In this document: in pieces, positions 11,601 to 20,847 of the stretch
How positions within the stretch are numbered: the first letter of the stretch is position 1
Layout of the letters: each line of letters starts with the position of its first letter
Assembly (NCBI GenBank): GCA_963733035.1
Contig: CAVTBU010000005.1
Location: 1,504,001 to 1,568,000 of the forward strand
Direction of reading: 5' to 3'
Source: Pirellulales bacterium
Lineage (GTDB): Bacteria > Planctomycetota > Planctomycetia > Pirellulales > PALSA-1355
DNA: 64,000 nt
Made by a program: the position numbers and the translations under genes
The notes under the pieces: generated by a model
The model's input: only the letters and a program-made list of their open reading frames with translations
What the model was told of the DNA's origin: nothing
Database searches by the model: none

Positions 11601-14600
11601 TGACCGTGATCGTATTCGGCGTGGGATCGAGATCGACGCCGCCGTTGGCAGTGCCGCCGTTATCCTGCACCTGGAACGTGAAGCTGGTGTAACTCGTCCC
11701 GTTGGCGTTGGCAGCGGGAGTGAACTTCAGCTTGCCGGCCGTGATGTCGGCCACAGCGATGAATTGCCCGGCGGTGACTGCCACGCCGTTGTCGGTAAGC
11801 GCCCGGCAGTCGGGAGCGTCGTGATCTTCACCGCCAGCAGGCTGTTCGCGGGCGAGTCGTTGGGATCGCTGAAGCCGAAGTCGGCCACGGAGAACGTGTA
11901 GGCCGTGTCTTCCAGCGTGGTGATCGTCTTGTCGGTTCCGGACGGCGCGATCGTTCACCGCCGTGACGTTGACGGTGATCGTGTTGGGTGTGGGATCGAG
12001 ATCGACGCCGCCATTGGCCGTGCCGCCGTTATCCTGCACCTGGAACGTGAAGCTGGCATAGCCTCCGCCGCTGGCGTTGGCGGCGGGCGTGAAGTCAAGC
12101 TTGCCGGCGGTGATGTCGGCCACGGTGATGAATTGGCCGGCGGTGACGCCAACCCGTTATCGGTCAGCGCGCCGGCCGCGGGGAGCGTCGTGATCTTAAC
12201 CGCGAACAGGCTATTGGCCGGGGAGTCATTGGGATCGCTGAAACCGAAGTCGGCCGCGGAAAACGTGTAAGCCGTATCTTCCAACGTGGTGATGGTCTTG
12301 TCGCCACCAACCGGCGGGTCGTTCACCGCCGTGACGTTGACCGTGATCGTATTGGGTGTGGGATCGAGATCCACGCCGCCGTTGGCAGTCCACCGTTATC
12401 CTGCACCTGGAACGTGAAGCTCGTGTAACTCGTCCCGTTGGCGTTCGTAGCGGGAGTGAATTTCAGCTTCCCGGACGTGATGTCTGCCAGAACGACGAAT
12501 TGTCCAGCAGTGACTGCCACGCCATTGTCGGTCAAGCTGCCCGCGCCGGGGAGGCTGGCGATACGCACCGCCTGCAATGTGTTCGCGGGGGAATCATTGG
12601 AATCGTTGAAGCCAAAATCGGCCGTCGAGAACGTGTAGGCCGTGTCCTCGAGCGTGGTGATCGTCTTGTCGGTTCCGGACGGCGCATCGTTGACCGAGGT
12701 GACGTTGATGGTGATCGTGTTCGGGGTGGGGTCGAGATCCACGCCGCCGTTGGCCGTGCCGCCGTCGTCCTGCACCTGGAACATGAAGCTGGAATAGCTC
12801 GCGCCGTTGGCGTTCGGGACGGGAGTGAACTTGAGTTTGCCGGCGGTGATGTCGGCCACGCTGATGAATTGGCCGACGGTCACGGCGACCCCATTGTCGC
12901 TGAGCGTTCCAGCCGCTGGGAGCGTCGAAATCATGACCGCCATCAGCGAGTTGGCTGGCGAGTCATTGGGATCACTAAAACCGAAGTCGGCCGCGGAAAA
13001 CGTGTAGGCCGTGTCTTCCAAAGTGGTAATGGTCTTATCCGCGCCCGCCGGGGCATGGTTGAAACCCGTCACGTTGAACGTGATCGTATTGGGGGTTGGA
13101 TCAAGATCGACGCCGCCGTTCGCTGTGCCACCGTTGTCCTGTACCTGGAATGTGAAACTGGCGTAGCCAGCGCCGGTAGCGCCGGCGGCCGGGGTGAACT
13201 TGAGCTTGCCGGCCGTGATGTCGGTCACCGTGATGAACTGCCCGGCGGTGATCGCTACGCCATTGTCAGTCAGCACCCCGGCAATCGGGAGCGTCATGAT
13301 TTTAACCGCCAACAAACTGTTGGTTGGTGAGTCATTGGGGTCGCCGAAACCGAAGTCAGCCGCCGCGAACGTGTAGACCGTGTCTTGCAGTGTGCTTACC
13401 GTCTTGCTCGTGCCAACGGGCGGGTCGTTGACGGCGGTGACGTTGAACGTGATCGTATTGGGTGTGGGATCACGAAAGGCTATTGGCGGGGAAATCGTTG
13501 GCGTCACTGAAGCCAAAGTCGGCCGCGGAGAACGTGAAGGCCGTGTCTTCCAAGGTGGCGATGGTCTTGTCCGTGCCGGACGGCGAATCGTTGACCGAGG
13601 TGATGTTGATCGTGATCGTGTTGGGGTGGGTCGAGATCGACGCCGCCGTTGGCCGTCCCACCGTCGTCCTGCACCTGGAACGTGAAGCTGGCGTAACCTC
13701 CACCGTTGGCATTGGCGGCGGGCGTGAACTTGAGCTTGCCGCTCGTGATGTCAGCCACCGAGATGAACTGCCCGGCGGTGACTGCTACGCCATTATCGGT
13801 CAGTGCCCCGGCCGCGGGCAGCGTCGTGATCTTTACTGCAAACAGACTGTTGGCAGGGGAGTCGCTCGGGTCGCTAAAGCCGAAGTCAGCTGCGGAGAAA
13901 GTGTAGGCCGTATCTTCCAGCGTGGTGATGGTCCTATCCGCGCCGGCCGGCGAATCATTGACCGCAGTGACGTTGATCGTGATCGTTTTAGGAGTTGGAT
14001 CAAGATCGATGCCACCGTCGACCGTACCGCCGTTATCCTGCACTTGGAACGTGAAGCTCGTGTAGCTCGTGCCACTGGCGTTAGTGGCGGGTGTAAACAC
14101 AAGCTTCCCGGCAGTAATGTCTGTTACGCTGATGAATTGTCCGGCAGCGACGGCTGTGCCGTTGTCGCTGAGCGTCCCAGTCCCCGGTAGACTCGAAATC
14201 TTGACGGCCAACAAACCGTTGGCTGGCGAGTCATTGGAATCGCTGAAGCCGAAGTCCGCCGCGGAGAATGTGTAGGCCGTGTCTTCCAAACGTGGCGATG
14301 GTCTTGTTCGTTCCGGATGGCGGATCATTGACCGCGGTAACGTTGATATTGACGATTGCGGAATTGGAGTTGGCGGAGTTATCGTTTGCCTGGTAGGAGA
14401 AGGAGTCGGGTCCGGAGTAGTTGGAGTTGGGGGTGTAGGTGAAGGAGCCGTCGGAGCCGAAGGTGAGCGAGCCGTGGGCCGGTCCGCTGACGAGCGCGGC
14501 GGTCAGCAGGTCGCCATCGGCGTCGGTGTCGTTGGCCAGCACGCCGGGGGCGGCCACCGTGAGCGGCGTGTCCTCGCTGGTCGAGTAGCTGTCGCCAGTG

Positions 14601-16600
14601 GCCACCGGCGGCGTATTTCCGCTGGCGGGCGTGAGCTGGAAGGAGACCTCCGGATCGCCGAACAGCGTAATCGTGAAGTTCAGCCAGCGGTAGGTGCCCA
14701 CCGTGCCGACACGTATCAGGTTATGTTGCTTCGAGTACTCTTCCGCCTCTCCCAAGTGCAGGTAACCCAGGTTAAAAATCGCATTCCAAAAATCCTTGGC
14801 GTAGTAGTGGCTGTACCCGGGACTGGTTCCTGACACATACCAACCCTCCCGGGTATTGGCCACCATGGCAAACGCGCCATATTGCGACACTACCTGGGCT
14901 TCGGCCACGCTCAAGTCGGTCAGATCGAATCCCCCCGCATCGCAGCCCTGCGAGTACATCAGGTAGGGGAACGCGTTGGTCAACGCCTGCACGTCGGCCG
15001 GGGTCAGCTTGGAATCAATCGTGGTACCCGAGTGCCCCAAGGATTCCACGATCGCCGGACTGCTGTTCAGGTAGCTGATCAGCTGGCTGGCCGTCCAGGT
15101 AGACGAAGACGTGTCATAGAGCTCCAGCAGCGATGCCTGCCAGTTGGCCGGCAGCACGGTGTCGCGAATGTTCATGCCCGAATAACTGCCATAGGTCGTG
15201 GAGTCGATGATGCCTCCCAGGAACAGTCCCTCGGTCGGATTGGGAGGGGGCGTGGTCTCATAGAGCAGGGTCTTGGCCACGAAGTTGGCGGCTTCCGTGG
15301 CGTTGCTGGCCGGCGCGCGTCCCACATAGACATCGGCCGTCAGGTCGATATCACCTCCTCCCACGCCATCGGTGGACTCACCCCACAAACTGTTCCCGTT
15401 GCCGTTCCAGGTGCCATCCAGGCAGCCATAATACATGTCGGTGGCCAGCGCCGTTTCGGACAGCGACCCGGCAGTGGCGTAAACTCCGCGGACCGGCACC
15501 ACTTCCGAGTCCCCGCCCAGTAGCACCCACTCGGTGTTGTGGTTGAGGTACATGTCGCGAATGAAGTCGCGGATCTTGTCGGGGTTGTCGTGGGTCTCGC
15601 TGCCGCTGTAATTGGCGTAGATGTAATCGGTCGTGAAGATGGCGCCGGTCAGCCCCCGGGACAGCTTCTCGTTCAGCAGCGGCTGGAAGCTGCTGGCCAG
15701 GCTGCTGCTGGTGATGATCACGTACTGGTAGTCGGGTGTTCCGGCCAGCGGAGAGGCGATCTGTTGGCTGGCTTGCGCCGACGCCACCGCATCGTAGCTG
15801 GCCAGCGCTTGGGGGTTGTCCACCAGGGCCGCCACACGGGCTCGGTCGTCCGCGTTGTTGCGGACTTGCAGGGCGCTGCCGGCGGGCCGCTGCTCGAGAT
15901 GCAGCGTGACCATGAGATCCTGGTGGTACGTCAGGCTGCCACTGCTGGCCTGGTACTCCACGGGGAACACCTCGAGCATGCCCAGGCTGTAGCCGTTCTG
16001 GACGCTGTTGGTGAATTCCACCGGACCCTGGGCGGGAAAGTCGCTCCCGCTGTAGACCGTCGTGGCCGCCGGATCGCTGGCGTCCTCCGGCGGCGAGGCC
16101 GCCAGCAGTACGTTCTGGGCCAGCAGGGTTCCAGCGTCCCCGTAGCTCACGCTCACCGAGGAAATCTCCAGCCCCGGAGGCAACAGCACCGTCGAGCTGC
16201 GCATCGGTAACAACGGCATCCCAGGAGATGTCAGCGACTCCTCGCCAGACAAGGATACCACCACCCCCAAGCCCTGTTGAGTAACCTGCGGCAGACCGTC
16301 AAAGTGAAATTGAAAGACCGAGGTTTGGTCGGTCAGCGCTGCCAGAGTGCTGCTCAAAAGCAGCCGCGCACTGGGTGAAAGGTCACCGTATAGAGCCGGA
16401 CTCTCGTCCAAAACCTGACTGCTCAACGGCTGTGAGATCGATAACAGCTCACGCCGCTCTAGGGACTCAAAACGAAGGCGACGAGACCGCAGCGCTCGGC
16501 TAAGGATGCCAGCATGGCCGACAGCAGTTGTCCTGGGATCGCTGGCCCGCGACAACTGACCGCGTGGGCCGTCGATCCATCGCCCAAATGACGGGAACAT
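5642..16600 (-). CDS. giant secreted modular protein A (about 3650 aa reconstructed): LEPRxLL leader, C25 propeptide and gingipain-like peptidase, Ig-like domain, about 14 cadherin-like repeats, 4 LamG-like and 3 PKD-like modules; frameshifted in this sequence
   Basis: Track ORFs 14231-16789, 13504-14328, 13470-13712, 12323-13516, 11955-12374, 10480-12123 and 5642-10678 join into one repeat protein across small indels at about 14289, 13625, 12390, 12150, 11950, 11805 and 10697, plus a deletion at about 13470. ATG 16600 follows GAGG. Motifs [38 protein letters not shown]. Confidence 0.88.
5895..10129. repeat. 4235-bp direct repeat, copy 1 (LamG/PKD block plus two cadherin-like units); partner 26828-31062
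   Basis: Offset of 20933 bp at both ends (gaagtgtcgatactc and gacgttgac); near-identical with scattered substitutions. Confidence 0.95.
6608..8730. repeat. 921-bp tandem repeat (about 2.3 units, PKD+LamG) within protein A
   Basis: Identical translated segments offset by 921 nt, e.g. track ORFs 7289/8210 and 6961/7882. Confidence 0.95.
9390..14345. repeat. array of about 369-bp (123-aa) cadherin-like repeats: 13 full units and one internally deleted unit
   Basis: Recurrent [33 protein letters not shown]...[28 protein letters not shown]; units diverge at synonymous sites. Confidence 0.92.
14343..16277. repeat. 1935-bp inverted repeat, left arm (C25 peptidase plus Ig-like block); partner 21087-23021
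   Basis: Reverse complement matches 21087-23021 from ACAGGGCTTGGGGGTG to AATATCAA with only a handful of substitutions. Confidence 0.95.
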
Positions 16601-17220
16601 GACAGATTCCTCGCAAAAACGACCCCCATTGAAAAGAAGGCTGCGAGTCCCGCTACATCTGCTGTTGCGCCAAGTCAGCGAATGATGCGGTGAAGAGAAT
16701 TGCGGGCTCGGAACTGGAAAGTCGCCCGGGTCCGGTTGCATCCGACGCATGAGCGATGCGTCTGTCCCTCGGATGTCTCCTCTAAGCAAAGCCTACGTCG
16801 AATATATCGATTCGGCGTGCGAGGTGTGTGGTTCATCGCGTGAGTGGCGCTGATTTTCAACAGTAGGTGGTACGGACATATTGATTGGGGAAAGATTAAC
16901 GCGTCTTTTTTTGTGGGTGCAGCCGAAGCGGAGAAGCGGCTGAAAGATAAGAGGTACGTTCGGGTGATGAACTAGAATCGCGCGAAGATCCAGAGTCGTG
17001 AGTTCGAGGGGGATGGTCGTGCTCGCGCCTACGCGGTCGTCTGATTGAATACGGTCCGCACGCGTTCAATACCCGCAAGGCCAATCACTTCTCTCACAGA
17101 CAGTCTCAGATGTCTAACAAAACCACTCGGCGTTTCGTTTCACCGACGTGGCCTGCTCCCCGAAAACTGGTCCATGTGGTATGAGAGATCCTAACGCCCT
17201 GTTGGGCAAGGAGACTCTCG

Positions 17221-17499
17221 ATGAAAGGCAAGAAGCACAAGCCGGAGCAGATTATTCGGAAGCTGCGTGAAGCGGACGCGATGCTGTCGGCGGACAAGAC
17301 GATTGGCCAGGTGTGCCAGGCTCTGGAGATCAGCGAGCAGACGTACCATCGGTGGCGGAACCAGTACGGCGGGATGAAGGCCGAGGAGGCCAAGCGGCTG
17401 AAGGAGCTGGAAGGCGAGAACAAGCGGCTGAAGAAGCTGCTGGCCGAGGCCGAGCTCGACAAGGCGATCTTGAAGGAAGCCTTGGAGGGAAACTACTGA
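17221..17499 (+). CDS. IS3-family transposase OrfA (HTH)
   Basis: MKGKKHKPEQIIRKLREAD...ISEQTYHRWRNQYGG...RLKELEGENKRLKKLLAE. Confidence 0.95.
   Translation: MKGKKHKPEQIIRKLREADAMLSADKTIGQVCQALEISEQTYHRWRNQYGGMKAEEAKRLKELEGENKRLKKLLAEAELDKAILKEALEGNY
17487..17493 (+). other. programmed -1 ribosomal frameshift heptamer G GGA AAC
   Basis: X XXY YYZ motif in the orfA frame, one codon before the orfA stop; the -1 frame continues into orfB (GKLLSPTRRR). Confidence 0.8.
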
Positions 17500-18416
17500 G
17501 CCCGACGCGGCGGCGGGCGGCGGTTCGCCATGTTCAGGATCGCTGCCGTGTATCCGAGCGTCGGGCGTGCAGAGCATTGGGCGTGGCACGAAGCACACAA
17601 CGTTATTGTGCGCGGCAAGACACTGCCGGCGAGCAGCGTCTGGTGGCGTGCATGCACGAGCTGGTGTGTGAGTATCCGCGTTACGGTTACCGCTTCATCT
17701 GGGCCAAGCTGCGTCAGCGAGGATGGCACGTGAACGTGAAGAAGATCTATCGCTTGTGGCGACGCGAGGGCTTCAAGGTGCCGAGAAAGACCCATAAAAA
17801 GCGGCGTTTGGGCCACAGCGGCAACAGTTGCGTGCGGCGCCGCGCGGAGCATCCGGATCACGTGTGGACGTGGGACTTCATCCACGATCGGACGATGACA
17901 GGACAACCGTTGAAGTGGCTTGCGATCACCGACGAATACACACGCGAGTGCTTGGCCTTGGAGGTCGATCGTGGCATTACGGCTGATCGCGTGGTCGACG
18001 TGCTGACGAGTCTGTTCCTGATGCGTGGGGTGCCGCGGCACATCCGCAGCGATAACGGTCCGGAGTTCATTGCCCAGGCGATCCGTCGTCACGGCGAACG
18101 AGCAGGATTGGAGATGCTGTATATCGAACCAGCCAGTCCCTGGGAGAACGGCTACGCCGAGTCGTTCTTCAGCCGGCTGCGCGATGAACTGTTGAACTGC
18201 GAGGAGTTCGCCAACCTAGCTGAAGCGCGATGGTTCGCGCGGCGGCGATTGCAGGAGCACAACCACGAGCGGCCGCACAGCAGTCTCGGCTACCAGACCC
18301 CGGCGTCGTTCGCCGCCGCGTGTGCTGCTTCCGCTGCGGCTGCGCCTCCGCTCCAGCAGCACACGCGAAAACAAGAAGAAGTCACGTTACCCGTTCCCCA
18401 ACCGATACTCTCATAG
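17487..18416 (+). CDS. IS3-family transposase OrfB (rve integrase core), expressed by -1 frameshift
   Basis: YPRYGYR, VWTWDFIHD, ITDEYTRE, IRSDNGPEF, PWENGYAESFFSRLRDE, HNHERPHSSLGYQTP. Confidence 0.95.
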   Translation, partial: GKLLSPTRRRAAVRHVQDRCRVSERRACRALGVARSTQRYCARQDTAGEQRLVACMHELVCEYPRYGYRFIWAKLRQRGWHVNVKKIYRLWRREGFKVPRKTHKKRRLGHSGNSCVRRRAEHPDHVWTWDFIHDRTMTGQPLKWLAITDEYTRECLALEVDRGITADRVVDVLTSLFLMRGVPRHIRSDNGPEFIAQAIRRHGERAGLEMLYIEPASPWENGYAESFFSRLRDELLNCEEFANLAEARWFARRRLQEHNHERPHSSLGYQTPASFAAACAASAAAAPPLQQHTRKQEEVTLPVPQPILS

Positions 18417-19369
18417 CCCGTGGACCAAAAATCAGGGGCAGGTCAGACGGACACCCGACTATCCTTGACGCGAACTTGGACTGCCAATGCGGGATCGCGG
18501 TGTCGATCAAACCCGGCCCGTTTGCCAGTCGAGGTTTTGCATGCCACGCCACGCATGACAGACATCCGGCCAGAGAATCAATCGCGTTTTTGCTCGGCGT
18601 GCTCGCCAGGCGACCGGAATTCGCCTCGGCGTCTCACTGATAACGGGGAAACAAATCCCGCGCAGCCCATCAAGTCGATAGTGGGCGTGAATTTCCCAGC
18701 GGCAGCTGACGCGAGATCGGCGATGCCGACAGCGACTCGACAGCGTCATAGGGCCAGAAAGCGGACCGTAACCAGGTTGACTGCCAGCGCTGCATTCGGC
18801 ATTCAAGGACTGATGGAGCCTGATCTAGCCGGGAATGACGTGCTGGGCAGGGGGCATCTAACGCACACAGGACATGTGGCCAAACTTCGTCCCGAGCAAG
18901 AGCCAAGGAAAAACTGTTCCGAATTTGAAGGAGAATGCCCCGCAAATCCGTAGTTGGCGCGCGACTTTCCCCCCAAACGGCTCGTCGCCCGCAAATCTCC
19001 ATCACCTGAATGAACGGGGAGTCTGGCGATATTGGGATACGTGGGTCGTTTCGTGAAGTGAAAGCAAGTCTCTTGTTTTGGGACGTTCCGTAGGGCGCGA
19101 GGAGACAGGCCAAGCGCGACACGCTGCCCCCCCTATTGCCTGTATTTCGTCATAAGTTATTTGTGAAAATAATGATACGATTACTGTCTGAGCCAGCCGG
19201 CTACCACTCTCGGTCGGTTTTCAATCGCTGGTCTGTATCCGTACCCCGCGATTTTTCGAAAAATTCTGGGCCTGCTCGGAAACTTTGTCAGGATTGCCTG
19301 AGCCGGGGCCTATAGTCAGCAATGAAACAAAAAGGCTCGTCCTTTGGCATGCTCTAAGGAGATTCTACG

Positions 19370-20317
19370 ATGAAACGCATTTCGGTTTTCTGTGCAATGG
19401 CGTTTCTGACTCTGACGCCAACGGCGTTTGCAGGAATCAGCCCGCACGACGACATCAAGTTGAGTGGCAGCCAATCGGGGACGAACGGTGGACCGTTTAC
19501 GTTGTACTACGATCTAGATCACACGAGGTCCCAAGGTCCTGGCAACTACGTCAATCCGGCCGGTTTCTCTTCAGTCGACCAATTTCAAACCTTCTGCGTG
19601 GAGTACAACGAGGAGTTTTCTCCTGGGACAGTCTATGACGTCAAGTCAATCACGGATGGGTCTCTTCAGACGGGTAGAGACTTAACCGGCTATGCTGCTT
19701 GGGTCTACAAGACCTACCTTGACAACATTGCCAACATAACGACGAACTCTGAGAAGGCGATGTTCCAGGCGGCGATTTGGGGTGGCATGGTAAATCCTTC
19801 GGCTGTGGCCGGAACCATCGCCGGCGAGATCGGTAGCCACACAACTTCGGAATGGGCTAATGCTCCCGCCACTTGGTACAGTGGTGCCATTTCTCCTCCG
19901 CTTGACGGGTCAAATAATCTCGATCTAAACGCGACGGCCTTCTCGGATGTGTTAGGTGACGCGACGGTAGACATTAGCTACGACACATTCCTTGGCCAGA
20001 TGTCAACTTGGTCGGCTGGCGCGTACGCCAATAATGACGATAGCAACGCAGCGTTGCTCTTTACGAATGGCTACCACATCCTCAATCTTTCGAACACGAC
20101 TAACACCGCCAAAGTCCAAGATATGATCGTATCGCCGGCAAACACTCTGTCGGTGCCGGAGCCGGCCAGCATTGTTGTGTGGTCTCTCTTGGCCGGTGGA
20201 GCAGCTGGTGTGGGCGTCTCCCGCAGGCGTCGAAACAAATTGCCGGCCGCGGGTCGTTGGAGCGAAGGCGACCGCAATGCGATCTTCGCGATAATCCAGC
20301 GTGGTTCCGACAACTAG
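19370..20317 (+). CDS. PEP-CTERM sorting domain protein with extended cytoplasmic tail
   Basis: AAGGAG RBS, signal peptide, FQTFCVEYNE motif, VPEPASIVVWSLLAGG + TM + RRRR, then about 26 extra residues. Confidence 0.93.
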   Translation: MKRISVFCAMAFLTLTPTAFAGISPHDDIKLSGSQSGTNGGPFTLYYDLDHTRSQGPGNYVNPAGFSSVDQFQTFCVEYNEEFSPGTVYDVKSITDGSLQTGRDLTGYAAWVYKTYLDNIANITTNSEKAMFQAAIWGGMVNPSAVAGTIAGEIGSHTTSEWANAPATWYSGAISPPLDGSNNLDLNATAFSDVLGDATVDISYDTFLGQMSTWSAGAYANNDDSNAALLFTNGYHILNLSNTTNTAKVQDMIVSPANTLSVPEPASIVVWSLLAGGAAGVGVSRRRRNKLPAAGRWSEGDRNAIFAIIQRGSDN

Positions 20318-20371
20318 CAAGTGAACCTGCCGAGGGCCGTTTGAGCTTCGGCGGGCGCATCAACGACGATC

Positions 20372-20406
20372 AAGGGTTGCCGTGAATTCGGCAACCCTTT
20401 TTTCTT
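20372..20406 (+). terminator. Rho-independent terminator after the PEP-CTERM gene
   Basis: AAGGGTTGCCG-tgaatt-CGGCAACCCTT hairpin followed by a T run. Confidence 0.85.
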
Positions 20407-20847
20407 TGCGGGGGGGTGCTTGCTTCCTCGGTTCTGGCTGGCGGCCTCGCGCTCGCGACTCAAGAATCGTCATTGAGTGTTTGTCGCACGCTCGTCAGCA
20501 TGCATTGGGGGGCACGATGCGCCTCTTGATGACGAGGTGCACACATTCGACTTGCCGAACGTTGCGGTACGTTCGGTGCTCTCGATGAATTGAGTGAAAT
20601 AGGTCGATTTTTCGGCTTGCGAAGCATTCAGCGACTCACTACGCTGCCTGTGGCCGAGAGGCAGGGGCTCTAGTGCGCATAGTTCGAGGCGTCATTGGGC
20701 AGTCGCCCACAGGTTTTTTTCGCCGCTTCATACCACCGGCAGGATGTCGACTCGAGTCGTGTCAATTGACACGCCGCTCGTGTCCAGCAAGATGGATCCT
20801 GCCGCGTGACCAATGGCACCTGAACTAAGCGAGAGTTGGTGGCGCCC

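Larger units (their letters stand above)
17149..18445 (+). mobile_element. IS3-family insertion sequence (IS407-like), apparently intact, 1297 bp
   Basis: IRL TGGCCTGCTCCCCGAAAACTGGTCCA; IRR (reverse complement) TGACCTGCCCCTGATTTTTGGTCCA; 4-bp target duplication GACG at 17145-17148 and 18446-18449; orfA and orfB present. Confidence 0.95.

Noticed and set aside
6608..14345. Tandem repeats as a CRISPR-like array
   Set aside because: Units are 369 and 921 bp, in-frame protein domains with no spacers, and no cas genes are present
16601..16789. Upstream extension of ORF 14231-16789
   Set aside because: ATG 16600 has a GAGG RBS and gives a normal leader length before LERRELL
17313..17486. Independent start of the 367-aa IS3 ORF
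   Set aside because: Overlaps orfA out of frame; orfB-like sequence begins at the GGGAAAC slip site
19280..19360. Sigma-54 or sigma-70 promoter for the PEP-CTERM gene (TTGGCA; TTGTCA/TATAGT)
   Set aside because: No TTGC at the -12 spacing, and the -35/-10 spacings (11 or 20 nt) do not fit
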